Below the pieces are notes generated by a model. The model searched no databases, had not been told where the DNA came from, and saw nothing but the letters and a program-made list of their open reading frames with translations. The translations under genes were made by a program, and so were the position numbers. A stretch of DNA of 46,053 nucleotides. Origin: a virus. Positions 34,567-42,392 of this stretch are shown here, one piece after another. Within the stretch, counting starts at the first letter, position 1; every line of letters starts with the position of its first letter. Where the stretch lies: IMG/VR virus record IMGVR_UViG_3300010231_000013, positions 1-46,053 of that record, one strand, 5' to 3'.

Positions 34567-35038
34567 GCTCGTGGGAGCCGGTGGCGCCATCCTTGCCGCT
34601 GGCGCCCTCGCCATATCGCAGATCGGCGGTTACGAGGGGCTGAGGCTCTATGCCTACCAGGATGTCATAGGCGTCTGGACGGCCTGCTACGGCGAAACGA
34701 AGGGCATCAGGCCCGGCATGCGCTTCACCAAAGACCAGTGCAACGTCATGTTTATCGGCTCCCTGCAAGAGCATGAGCAGGGCATGCGGGCCTGTCTCAA
34801 TGCCCCCGATGCACTCCCCATGAAGGTGTACGTCGCGGACCTGTCCCTGGCTTACAACATCGGCACCGGGGCATTCTGCAAATCGTCCATCGCGGCCTAT
34901 CAGAACGCCGGCAACATTCGCGGCTCCTGTGACCGCTTCCCGCTGTTCAACAAAGCTGGAGGCAAGGTCGTGAAGGGCCTCGTCCGCCGCCGTGCGCAGG
35001 AACGCGCGCTTTGCATCGATGGAGCGAACGGTGCCTAA
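34553..35038 (+). CDS. Endolysin, GH24 (T4-type) lysozyme with an N-terminal signal-anchor-release-like segment
   Basis: GGYEGLRLYAYQDVIGVWTACYGET catalytic region. N-terminus MKRTRLVGAGGAILAAGALAISQIGG. AGGAGA RBS. Confidence 0.9.
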   Translation: MKRTRLVGAGGAILAAGALAISQIGGYEGLRLYAYQDVIGVWTACYGETKGIRPGMRFTKDQCNVMFIGSLQEHEQGMRACLNAPDALPMKVYVADLSLAYNIGTGAFCKSSIAAYQNAGNIRGSCDRFPLFNKAGGKVVKGLVRRRAQERALCIDGANGA

Positions 35039-35468
35039 TCCCTACACCATCGGCGCAACCATCATCGTTTTCCTCGGCCTTGTCGCCGGCCTCCTGTTCT
35101 ATCGAGGCGAGGCCATCTCTGCAAAGGCCGCCGTGGCACAGGCTCAAGCCGATCTCGTGACAGCCAAGGGCGTCAACGACGCGCTGGCGACCGCGCTCAA
35201 GGAAGCGCAGCGGCAGGCCGATCTGGCGAACAAGGTCACGGCTGATCTGGTGGCCTCGAATGCCAAGATCGATGCCGGAGTCGCCGCAACCAATCAGAAG
35301 CTCGCGGATTTGGAGAAATCAAATGCGGCCCTACGTGACTTTCTTGGCACTGTCGTGCCTCCTGACCTTTGGAGCCTGTACGACGACCAGCAAGATAGCT
35401 CTCCAGCAAGCGACGGTGGCAAGGCCCCGAGTGCCCGCTGCGCTGATAGCGCCTTGCCCGCCTGCTGA
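35031..35468 (+). CDS. i-spanin (Rz-like)
   Basis: N-terminal TM followed by a coiled-coil periplasmic domain. GTG 35031 has GGAG 6 nt upstream; ATG 35019 is an alternative start. Confidence 0.7.
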   Translation: MPNPYTIGATIIVFLGLVAGLLFYRGEAISAKAAVAQAQADLVTAKGVNDALATALKEAQRQADLANKVTADLVASNAKIDAGVAATNQKLADLEKSNAALRDFLGTVVPPDLWSLYDDQQDSSPASDGGKAPSARCADSALPAC

Positions 35469-35595
35469 CGAAACGGCGTGGTCCACCACGCGCGACATCG
35501 TTGACGCGGCGGTCAACAACAAGGCGGCACTGCGAAAGTGCAGCGCTCAAGTCGATGGCGTCCGCTCTTGGGATGCCGCTCAAGCATCAAAATAG
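35323..35595 (+). CDS. o-spanin (Rz1-like lipoprotein), overlapping the i-spanin gene out of frame
   Basis: MRPYVTFLALSCLLTFGAC lipobox. Pro-rich mature part. GGAG 7 nt upstream. Confidence 0.75.
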   Translation: MRPYVTFLALSCLLTFGACTTTSKIALQQATVARPRVPAALIAPCPPADETAWSTTRDIVDAAVNNKAALRKCSAQVDGVRSWDAAQASK

Positions 35596-35620
35596 CAGTG
35601 CATTAGGGGCAGACGGGCAT

Positions 35621-35911
35621 ATGGCGGATGAGCAAATGGACAGCGATCTTCGCTCACGAATGGTCAGCGTCGAACACAGGAGCGCAGAACACGCGCAGCG
35701 CATCATGGCTCTCGAAACATGGAAGCAGCAAAGCGACGTGTCAGAGGCTCGAAAAGATGAGCAATGGATTGCCTTGAAGGGCGATATGGTCGTCCTGAAA
35801 TCCAGCATCAACGAGGTCCAAGGCACGTTGAAATGGATCGGCCGCACCATCATAGGCGGCATCATCGCCGCGATCCTCGTGTTCCTCGTGAAGGGTGGTT
35901 TCGCGCCTTAG
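35621..35911 (+). CDS. Tail-anchored coiled-coil membrane protein (96 aa)
   Basis: ATG 35621. C-terminal TM IIGGIIAAILVFLV. Confidence 0.6.
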   Translation: MADEQMDSDLRSRMVSVEHRSAEHAQRIMALETWKQQSDVSEARKDEQWIALKGDMVVLKSSINEVQGTLKWIGRTIIGGIIAAILVFLVKGGFAP

Positions 35912-36036
35912 CCCCACCCCGCCCATTGCGCCAGCTTCACCACAAGCCATCCCGGCACTGCCGCCAACGCTATAATGGCGAATATCAGCGCCAGCCAAAG
36001 GATCATGCTCACGTCACCGGGGAAGCGGGCGGCCAT
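35908..36036 (-). CDS. Candidate 42-aa membrane peptide, last gene of the leftward attP-proximal cassette
   Basis: Below the track cut-off. GAGGA 6 nt upstream. One TM helix. The stop overlaps the convergent gene's stop. Confidence 0.45.
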   Translation of the reverse strand: MAARFPGDVSMILWLALIFAIIALAAVPGWLVVKLAQWAGWG

Positions 36037-36073
36037 GGGTTAGTCCTCTGTGCGTGAACGGGGGCTATCATGG

Positions 36074-36355
36074 CTAGATCAGCGCCGATTGCTCAATCGT
36101 CAAGCGCGGGATGTCATCAGATGGTTGGTTGATCGTGACGACGCATTTCAATAGCGTATCCCAATGCGGGCCGAGTTCAATAATTTCGCTTAGCTCGCTG
36201 ATTTCCTCAAAATAGACCGTTAGCATGTGTCCGCCTTCCTCTGAGCGGTACTCCAGGTCCGCTTTCCATCGCAGGGTTGAAACCATCGTATCACCAACCT
36301 CACCTTCGGTGACGACGGCTCGCGTACCTGGGAATTGTACTACATTCTCCGACAT
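36074..36355 (-). CDS. Hypothetical acidic protein (93 aa), attP-proximal cassette
   Basis: Track ORF, 6 nt downstream of the preceding gene. Confidence 0.65.
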   Translation of the reverse strand: MSENVVQFPGTRAVVTEGEVGDTMVSTLRWKADLEYRSEEGGHMLTVYFEEISELSEIIELGPHWDTLLKCVVTINQPSDDIPRLTIEQSALI

Positions 36356-36361
36356 GTCCGT

Positions 36362-36610
36362 CTATCCTTCTATCTCGGGGGAGAGGGCGGCGTCGATCAT
36401 GGATTGCCACCCGATGCGCGCCACATCTCCAATTGTTTTTCCGTGCCCGTACCAGACGAAAGCATCAACCATCGCCTCAGTCGGCTCCCGCATCGCCTCG
36501 ATAGCGGCGCGGGCATATTCATCGGATTCAGCAATAGTCATTCCATAGCCAAGCGGCACCTTGGCCAGGATTGCTTGCGCCACGCGCTCGATCATCTCGT
36601 TTTCAGCCAT
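36362..36610 (-). CDS. Hypothetical protein (82 aa), first gene of the attP-proximal leftward cassette
   Basis: Track ORF. Consensus AGGAGG RBS upstream of the ATG at 36610. Confidence 0.65.
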   Translation of the reverse strand: MAENEMIERVAQAILAKVPLGYGMTIAESDEYARAAIEAMREPTEAMVDAFVWYGHGKTIGDVARIGWQSMIDAALSPEIEG

Positions 36611-36643
36611 TCGTACCTCCTAGAGACAAGCCGGGAACAAACT

Positions 36644-36713
36644 GGTGCAGCCACGGTGCACCACAGCCTGCAAGTTCCTGCATCGTTCGACTCCTATCTG
36701 CATCATTCTGCAA
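36644..36713. promoter_or_regulatory. Six helically phased TGCA-core repeats arranged as three pairs (GGTGCA x2, CCTGCA x2, TCTGCA x2); candidate integrase arm-type sites and/or cassette promoter
   Basis: TGCA at 36646, 36657, 36669, 36679, 36699 and 36709, with spacings of 11, 12, 10, 20 and 10 bp. Confidence 0.4.
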
Positions 36714-36760
36714 TATGCCCTGTTGACGAAAGGCCGGAAATCAAGGAAACAGCGCCCGTC

Positions 36761-36804
<44 letters not shown>

Positions 36805-36814
36805 CGTTTTCAAA

Positions 36815-37816
36815 TCAACTCCCTGTTTTCATTAGCACATTTGCCGTCTCAAAGCCAGTGCGGTGCGCTGGTGGGCCAGAAAGCCGGTTTGTGACCGTTC
36901 TGTCCTTCATCGCGTGGCCATAGGTATCCACTACGAGCTGCGCACTCTCCCATCCCCCAAGCCATGCCACCGTCACCGGATCGATTCCGGCTCTCAGAAG
37001 CCCCGTCGCGAAGCCATGCCTCAGCGCGTGCGGCGTCAAACGACGGATGCCGGCGCGTTTGATCGCTGCGAACCATGCTGACTTGATGCTGTGGCGGCTA
37101 GAGTAGCCGAAGACGCGGCCTGACCTGTCGGTCGGCAGATTGGCTAGCGCCACCACGAGATTCGGCGGAAGATGCACCACATGGTCGTCGCCGTTCTTGG
37201 TCTTCCACAGAACGGCCTCAGAGGCCCCCAAATCAACGGCGCTCCAGTCCAGATCGGTCATGTTGGAAATGCGCGAACCGGTCAGATAGCCGAAGATGGC
37301 CAAGGCCCCGAGATTGGTCGGCGCTGCTCTAGCGAAGGCACATACCCAAGGCCAGTCAGCTTCATCTCTCTTTCGCTTCGGAACCGGGAAGCGATCCACC
37401 TTAAGCAGCGGGAAGCAAAGGCCAAGCGATGCCGCATGGTTGATGATGGCCACGGTCGGCGTCACGAACTGTCGATTGCGCGTTGCCGGCCCGGCCTTCG
37501 GATAGACCTTGATCGCGGCAAGCCGGATGGCGCCCGGGGTCATGTCCTTGACCAGCGTGTTCTTCCAATGGTCCAAAACAATGGAGACGAAACGATCCGA
37601 CTTGTCCGCATCGAGGTAAAGAGCGGCGGCGGCTCCGAAAGTCAGGATCGACGCCGGGCCATCAAGGTCACGTTTGAACTCTCTGGCTTCGGCTCGGTTT
37701 GCAATTCTCTCTGCCGTCTTTTTGTCAGCCGTTCGAGTGCTTTCGTGTATCCGTCTTCCGGCAACCGTACCGCGATACCACCAGATGCCGTTGCGGTCAT
37801 AGAGCTTGAGCGGCAT
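36815..37816 (-). CDS. int: Tyrosine integrase
   Basis: The C-terminal HALRHGFATGLLRAGIDPVTVAWLGGWESAQLVVDTYGH contains the HxxR...Y catalytic signature. The N-terminus LYDRNGIWWYRGTVAGRRIHESTRT is typical of phage integrases. Confidence 0.95.
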   Translation of the reverse strand: MPLKLYDRNGIWWYRGTVAGRRIHESTRTADKKTAERIANRAEAREFKRDLDGPASILTFGAAAALYLDADKSDRFVSIVLDHWKNTLVKDMTPGAIRLAAIKVYPKAGPATRNRQFVTPTVAIINHAASLGLCFPLLKVDRFPVPKRKRDEADWPWVCAFARAAPTNLGALAIFGYLTGSRISNMTDLDWSAVDLGASEAVLWKTKNGDDHVVHLPPNLVVALANLPTDRSGRVFGYSSRHSIKSAWFAAIKRAGIRRLTPHALRHGFATGLLRAGIDPVTVAWLGGWESAQLVVDTYGHAMKDRTVTNRLSGPPAHRTGFETANVLMKTGS

Positions 37817-38022
37817 GATGGTTCCTCCAGGAGCATTTCAAGGTGCTCGGGCAACAGGATCATGGCCTTGCCGAAAACGCGACATGCACCGATCTCCCGC
37901 GCTCTCTTGCGCAGCGCCCTCTCTGAAACATGGACGCCCATGTCGGCCAAGCGCGCAACCGCCATCTGAGGCGACACGCCTAAATCGAGGATGTTACGCC
38001 CGCTGTCCACAGCCCGTGTCAT
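37642..38022 (-). CDS. Excisionase-like / HTH protein (126-aa ORF; probably only the N-terminal 65 aa or so are functional)
   Basis: Position upstream of int. HTH-like VSPQMAVARLADMGVHVSERALRKRA. The last 175 nt overlap int, and int has the better GC3 there. Confidence 0.55.
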   Translation of the reverse strand: MTRAVDSGRNILDLGVSPQMAVARLADMGVHVSERALRKRAREIGACRVFGKAMILLPEHLEMLLEEPSCRSSSMTATASGGIAVRLPEDGYTKALERLTKRRQRELQTEPKPESSNVTLMARRRS

Positions 38023-38219
38023 TCTCCGCTCCCTTGGGGGAGCGGGCTACGAAAAGACAACGGACTAAGCATGGCACGGCCGTTTGTGAGAAAACCGGCT
38101 TTCAGCGAAGCCGAATGCAGCATCGCGACAAGCGCTTTGTCGTCAGGGTAGAAAAAGAGTTTACCAGCGCCAACGATGTCGCAATCCGGCCTAATAGCTT
38201 CTTTGCGCTCACTCGCCAT
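38019..38219 (-). CDS. Hypothetical protein (66 aa)
   Basis: Internal ATG with GGAGG 6 nt upstream. ATGA overlap with the xis-like gene. Confidence 0.55.
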   Translation of the reverse strand: MASERKEAIRPDCDIVGAGKLFFYPDDKALVAMLHSASLKAGFLTNGRAMLSPLSFRSPLPQGSGE

Positions 38220-38511
38220 CGCGCGCCTCCAGAGCCCGGAGGGTGGCGGCATCGTCTTTTTCCCAGCCGACCCAGCCTTCGCGCTCCGATCTGCGCTCCA
38301 TTTCCGCAAGGTCGCGGTGCATTTTCGCCAAGAACGTTTCCTCGTGCCGCCCCGCATAATTTCGCATGGCCTGCTCCAGCACCCTCATAAGAAGTTCCGC
38401 CTGTTTCCGGCCTTCAATTCCAAGAGTACCTATCGTCTGGCCGAACACACGTTTCGTCGGGGCGCCATAAATGGGCCTGTCGATTGTGCCGCGATTGGTC
38501 AGGGCGCTCAT
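38209..38511 (-). CDS. Hypothetical protein (100 aa)
   Basis: Track ORF, coupled to both neighbours. Confidence 0.65.
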   Translation of the reverse strand: MSALTNRGTIDRPIYGAPTKRVFGQTIGTLGIEGRKQAELLMRVLEQAMRNYAGRHEETFLAKMHRDLAEMERRSEREGWVGWEKDDAATLRALEARDGE

Positions 38512-38900
38512 GGTGCCTGCTCCTTGGCGATGGCGGCGGCAACGAAGCCGCGCGTTGATGTCCGAAGCGCGGGATATGCCGGATCGCCGGCAACGAAGTG
38601 CAGCGCGTCCCGCAGGTGTTTCACCTCTGCCTGGAGGCGGTCGCGTTCGGCTTCGGCGGCTTCGACTCGGCTTTTGAGCTCCGTTACCCGTCCAACTAGG
38701 TTTTCGCCACCTTCGCGGTGTGGCTCACGAACGAGGACTGCCCATACTTTCTCTGTGGCGTCATTGTTTGTGCGGTGATACCAATCTGCGAGCGCCGTTG
38801 CTTCATCCCGCTCCCGTCTCACGGCCTCAAGCTCGGCGCGGAGAGAAGCGACTGTTTTGAGCGCAATTTCGAGTTCGTCTTCAAGCTGATCGTTGTACAT
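38508..38900 (-). CDS. Hypothetical coiled-coil protein (130 aa)
   Basis: Track ORF with heptad-like charged sequence. Confidence 0.7.
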   Translation of the reverse strand: MYNDQLEDELEIALKTVASLRAELEAVRRERDEATALADWYHRTNNDATEKVWAVLVREPHREGGENLVGRVTELKSRVEAAEAERDRLQAEVKHLRDALHFVAGDPAYPALRTSTRGFVAAAIAKEQAP

Positions 38901-39124
38901 TACTTGTCCTCCGGCCAGCGCGGCTTTCCAAGCAGAGGCTCGACAGCCCCTATGATCTTTAGCGCCGCGTCGAGCTTCGCGGAGAGGGCTTCGAGGGCGT
39001 CGGCGGCTTTGAAAATGCGGGTTCCTCGCAAGAATGCATCGCCAAGCTCGGGCTGTCTTCCGAGAAATTCACCTTCCTGCCGCAGTTTGGCCACCAGCCC
39101 CTTGATGTCGTCGGCGGCGCTCAC
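38900..39124 (-). CDS. Hypothetical protein (74 aa)
   Basis: Track ORF, with a 1-nt overlap to the downstream gene and a 4-nt overlap to the upstream gene. Confidence 0.65.
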   Translation of the reverse strand: MSAADDIKGLVAKLRQEGEFLGRQPELGDAFLRGTRIFKAADALEALSAKLDAALKIIGAVEPLLGKPRWPEDK

Positions 39125-39432
39125 TTCGACCCTCCCTCAGCCGGAGAGGCGGGGGCTTGGCGACCGGCTTCGGTGATGCGGTATTCTTTGGACCCGCGAC
39201 CGCGCCACCTTTTCTTCCCGTTCTCGCCTTCGAGTGGGACTTCGCCATGCCTCTGCTTCGATTGCACCAAGCCCAAGTCCGACATTTTTGAGAGGCGATA
39301 ACTGTGGTCGGAGCCGTTCGACCCGCCGCAATCGAGCGGCGTTGCCCAATAGCGGCCGTACTGGGCGAGATGACGGTTAGCCGCTTCGAGTTCCGTCAGC
39401 ACTTCAAGATCGCGCGCCGTCAACTTACGCAT
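39121..39432 (-). CDS. Hypothetical protein, possible winged-helix (103 aa)
   Basis: ATG 39432 with GGGAGG 8 nt upstream. The longer track ORF overlaps the upstream gene. Confidence 0.6.
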   Translation of the reverse strand: MRKLTARDLEVLTELEAANRHLAQYGRYWATPLDCGGSNGSDHSYRLSKMSDLGLVQSKQRHGEVPLEGENGKKRWRGRGSKEYRITEAGRQAPASPAEGGSK

Positions 39433-39434
39433 CG

Positions 39435-39644
39435 CTAGAGCCTCCCTTGGAAGGGGTGGAGGGGGCGGGGAGCATGCACAGGGCATCCGCACGTGACGAC
39501 GAACATTGTCTGGCCGCGCTCATCTTTCACGCCACCCATGTAGCCGCGACCGTGGCCGTTATCTATGACCGGGCAGGTGCATCCGCGCATGAGCGCTTCG
39601 TCGCTGCCTGGATTTGGTACGGTGTTCGGGGTGTCAGTCATCAT
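39435..39644 (-). CDS. Cys-rich small protein (69 aa; CTCP...CGCPVH), possible zinc binder
   Basis: ATG 39644 with GGAGGA 5 nt upstream. Confidence 0.6.
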   Translation of the reverse strand: MMTDTPNTVPNPGSDEALMRGCTCPVIDNGHGRGYMGGVKDERGQTMFVVTCGCPVHAPRPLHPFQGRL

Positions 39645-40104
39645 GGCGTTCCTCCGCTGTGTCTGGTGTGAGAGCGGCGCGGGCCTGATCACGACTAGCC
39701 TTGTCCGGATACTGCAACATGCCCCGCAACGCCTTCTCCAGCGCCTCTATCCGGCGGTCGGAGGCTTCGGCGCGGGCTTCGGAGCCGATGATCGTGTCCG
39801 CGAAGCTTGCCTGAGCGAGGTCGATGCACTGCAATGCTTCCTGCAAATCATCCGGCGTTCCGAGATTGGCAATGAACAAGCGGGCATCAGAGAGCGCAGA
39901 CCATCCTTGTTTCGACAGGTCTTTGCAGTTTGTCCAAGCGGCTCGCGCCTCATCCCGTTCCGCCCTTGCCTCGGCAAGCTCGCGTTGCGTGGTGGCGAGA
40001 AGATCAGCCCGGACGTATTCGGTCGAGCGAGGACGGCTATCTTTGAAGGCAAGCAAGCCGTGCTTCCCGGCTATCGTCCATATCCGTTCAGGTGCGTCAG
40101 TCAC
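39634..40104 (-). CDS. Hypothetical protein (156 aa)
   Basis: GTG 40104 preceded by AAGGAGG with 5-nt spacing. The upstream part of the track ORF is low complexity. Confidence 0.6.
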   Translation of the reverse strand: MTDAPERIWTIAGKHGLLAFKDSRPRSTEYVRADLLATTQRELAEARAERDEARAAWTNCKDLSKQGWSALSDARLFIANLGTPDDLQEALQCIDLAQASFADTIIGSEARAEASDRRIEALEKALRGMLQYPDKASRDQARAALTPDTAEERHDD

Positions 40105-40163
40105 TTGCGCCTCCTTGGGTTTCGATGGCGATGGCGAAGGCGTCTGCCATTGCGGGGTCTGCA

Positions 40164-40403
40164 TCAGCAGCCGCACAGCATCGCAATATCGTCAGAGGCA
40201 AGAGCGCGGATCAGGGCAGCGCAGCTTACAAGGGCGTCGTCGCCAGCCGGGGCGATGGGTTGAGATTGGAGGGCGGCGGGATGCTCCAGAAAGGCTATAG
40301 CTTTGTCGATAGCATCGATCTGTTGAAGACGATTTGATGCGCCCGATGCTGCGAAGCGCAAGCCCTTAGTGATGACGGAAGCGGGGTCTCGTGTGTTATT
40401 CAT
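40164..40403 (-). CDS. Hypothetical protein (79 aa)
   Basis: Track ORF. ATGA overlap with the upstream gene. Confidence 0.6.
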   Translation of the reverse strand: MNNTRDPASVITKGLRFAASGASNRLQQIDAIDKAIAFLEHPAALQSQPIAPAGDDALVSCAALIRALASDDIAMLCGC

Positions 40404-40771
40404 GCCAAATCCTCAGGGTAAGCCAATCCAATCCGCCCCGGCTGGCTTACAAGCCTGTGTCGCACGGATGGATTGTTGACGCGATTGCCGGGAAGGCCGT
40501 GGAACAGGCTGCAATGCCGGGCGTGGATGCGCACTTCGCTGTATTCGCCGTAATGATGCTCGCGGAAAATCAGATATTGTCCGTCGATCCGGCGTAGCGG
40601 CTCGCATACCGCATACCAGCCAGTCGCCTTAAAAGTTCCGCTCTCGAAATTGATCAGGTCTCCGGGCAGGTACGAAAGCGTTTCCGCCTTTACCGGCATC
40701 AGATGGCCGTATTGGACGACGGCAGGAGTTGCAATCAGTCCCTTGAGAAGGGATCGCCTTGAAATGATCAA
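40400..40771 (-). CDS. Small protein with a twin-arginine (Tat) type signal peptide (123 aa)
   Basis: The N-terminus MIISRRSLLKGLIATPAVV matches the S-R-R-x-[FL]-L-K Tat motif followed by a hydrophobic region. Confidence 0.65.
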   Translation of the reverse strand: MIISRRSLLKGLIATPAVVQYGHLMPVKAETLSYLPGDLINFESGTFKATGWYAVCEPLRRIDGQYLIFREHHYGEYSEVRIHARHCSLFHGLPGNRVNNPSVRHRLVSQPGRIGLAYPEDLA

Positions 40772-40868
40772 GCGTCACCTCCTGCCCGTTCCCCCTCGCT
40801 GACAGGGGCGGGGGAGCAGGCCGCTTGCAACGGGTAGGGAACGCGGCGCACGATTGGACCGAGATGGC

Positions 40869-41348
40869 TCATGGCAGAACCCACCCGTTGTTGCCGTTTT
40901 CGTCAGTGATGTGGGTTTCGACTGCTGGCTCTGGAGGCTTGTCTGCCAAACGAGCCTCCGCAAATTCGGCACGCTTTCTCCATTCGTCTCGTGCGCGCCC
41001 CGATTGCTCATGGGACCATTGCTCTGCTTGCAAGCGTTCGGCGAGTTTATCGCGCTCATGCTGTAAAGCCTCCCGCATCCTCTCCCCCTCCTTCTCTGCG
41101 GATGCGAGACGGGTGCGGAGCCGGTCGCATTCTCTTTCTGCCGCGATGCAGCAGCGTTGCGCGTATTCCTTGCTTTCGCGTTGGACGACCAGTGCCGCCT
41201 CCAGTTCACCAATCCGCTTGTCCTTCTCGGATAGGGCGGCGGAGGCTTCGAGAAGGACGCCAGCATCATCGGGGAGAAATTCGCTCGGCGCATTGTTCCA
41301 AGCTGTGTAAGTGTCTTTCAAGCGCTCGATCAGGTCTGTCTCAGGCAT
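40869..41348 (-). CDS. Hypothetical coiled-coil protein (159 aa)
   Basis: ATG 41348 with an AAGGAA RBS. The extension in the 201-aa track ORF is Pro/Arg-rich and overlaps the upstream gene. Confidence 0.65.
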   Translation of the reverse strand: MPETDLIERLKDTYTAWNNAPSEFLPDDAGVLLEASAALSEKDKRIGELEAALVVQRESKEYAQRCCIAAERECDRLRTRLASAEKEGERMREALQHERDKLAERLQAEQWSHEQSGRARDEWRKRAEFAEARLADKPPEPAVETHITDENGNNGWVLP

Positions 41349-41730
41349 TGCGGGATTCCTTGTAAAGCTGTGTCCGGGGCAAGGGCTTGAGCGCGCTCTT
41401 GTCGATGCGCGGGGCCTTGGCTGTGGTGGGGAAGGGAGCGGACCTGATCTTGCCGGCGGGGCGTTTGATGCCAAGGTGCTTGGCCTCGCGTCGCTTCGCC
41501 TGGTTTATGGCGGGGCGGTCCTGCCCGTGGGTTTTTGCCTTATGGCAAGAGACATGGGCCGGGCGAAGGTTGCCGTCGCTATCGTCGCGGGTCAGTTCCC
41601 AGGCGATGACATGCTCGATTTCCCACGCTTCGCGAACGCCATCGATCTTCTGCTCGCAGAGGTGGCAAATGCCGTTGTTGGCTGCGAAGATGCGCGCACG
41701 GTCCTTGTCGGTGAAACGCTTGCGGGGCAT
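41341..41730 (-). CDS. HNH endonuclease (129 aa)
   Basis: CHLCEQKI...WEIEHVIAW...NLRPAHVSCHKAKT is an HNH signature with flanking Cys/His ligands. Confidence 0.8.
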   Translation of the reverse strand: MPRKRFTDKDRARIFAANNGICHLCEQKIDGVREAWEIEHVIAWELTRDDSDGNLRPAHVSCHKAKTHGQDRPAINQAKRREAKHLGIKRPAGKIRSAPFPTTAKAPRIDKSALKPLPRTQLYKESRNA

Positions 41731-41894
41731 TACCGCACCGCCTTCCTGCCAACAGTAGGCCATGGCCAGCCGATTTCAGCGGCAAGCTGTTCGTGCTTCT
41801 GCACGTACTCGGGGCTGGCCTTCCTGACCTTGTAGGTGCGAACAACCACGGTCGGGCGGCGGAAGGCCGAGAGGATGCGCTTGAGGATCGTCAT
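41730..41894 (-). CDS. Hypothetical small basic protein (54 aa)
   Basis: ATGA overlap with the upstream stop and a 1-nt overlap with the HNH start. Confidence 0.5.
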   Translation of the reverse strand: MTILKRILSAFRRPTVVVRTYKVRKASPEYVQKHEQLAAEIGWPWPTVGRKAVR

Positions 41895-42388
41895 GCCGCC
41901 CGCGCCTCCGTTTCCAGAAGGCCGGCGACATAATCTAGGACGGCCTGCTTGCTTGCTTGGAAGGTTTTGGCGTCCATGGCGCGGCGCGACTGGCTCCATG
42001 CCGTGAACTGGACCAGCACATTGCCGTTGATCGTCACGATGGTGTCTGGCTCGCGGGAGCGCAGATGCTTGTACCAACGCTCGGCTTCGGCGCGGCTCGC
42101 GCATGGAACTGTCGTGCTGTCGCAGAAGCCGCCGGCAATGAGGCCGTGCTTGCGAAGCTGATCTTCATTCAGGAAGCGGCTGGCGACATGCTCTGGCAGC
42201 GTCAGCCAAGCCTCGTGCAACCAGGCGAACTGGTGTTTATGCGATACCCAGGAACGGTCTTCCTGCACTTCGCAGCGATAGCGTTCGCCGACGACTAACG
42301 CGTGGTTCGCGAGATTGTGGAAACGGGGCAGAGGCATCATTGCTTCGCCGTCCCATTCGAAGATTATGTTGATGCTGTCTCGGCTCAT
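41891..42388 (-). CDS. Hypothetical protein (165 aa); weakly NinB/DUF1367-like, recombination-module neighbour
   Basis: Track ORF adjacent to exo. The motif resemblance is weak and from memory only. Confidence 0.65.
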   Translation of the reverse strand: MSRDSINIIFEWDGEAMMPLPRFHNLANHALVVGERYRCEVQEDRSWVSHKHQFAWLHEAWLTLPEHVASRFLNEDQLRKHGLIAGGFCDSTTVPCASRAEAERWYKHLRSREPDTIVTINGNVLVQFTAWSQSRRAMDAKTFQASKQAVLDYVAGLLETEARAA

Positions 42389-42392
42389 GACC

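Noticed and set aside
37642-37816. A functional 175-nt xis/int dual-coding overlap
   Set aside because: In the overlap the int frame has clearly better GC3 (about 68 versus 52 percent). The xis-like ORF tail is probably just late termination. The overlap is noted in the feature but not promoted to a finding.
40775-41293. 172-aa minus ORF and 161-aa plus ORF between the Tat-signal gene and the coiled-coil gene
   Set aside because: Both are Arg/Ser/Pro-rich alternative frames of the 40869..41348 coiled-coil gene, and neither has an RBS.
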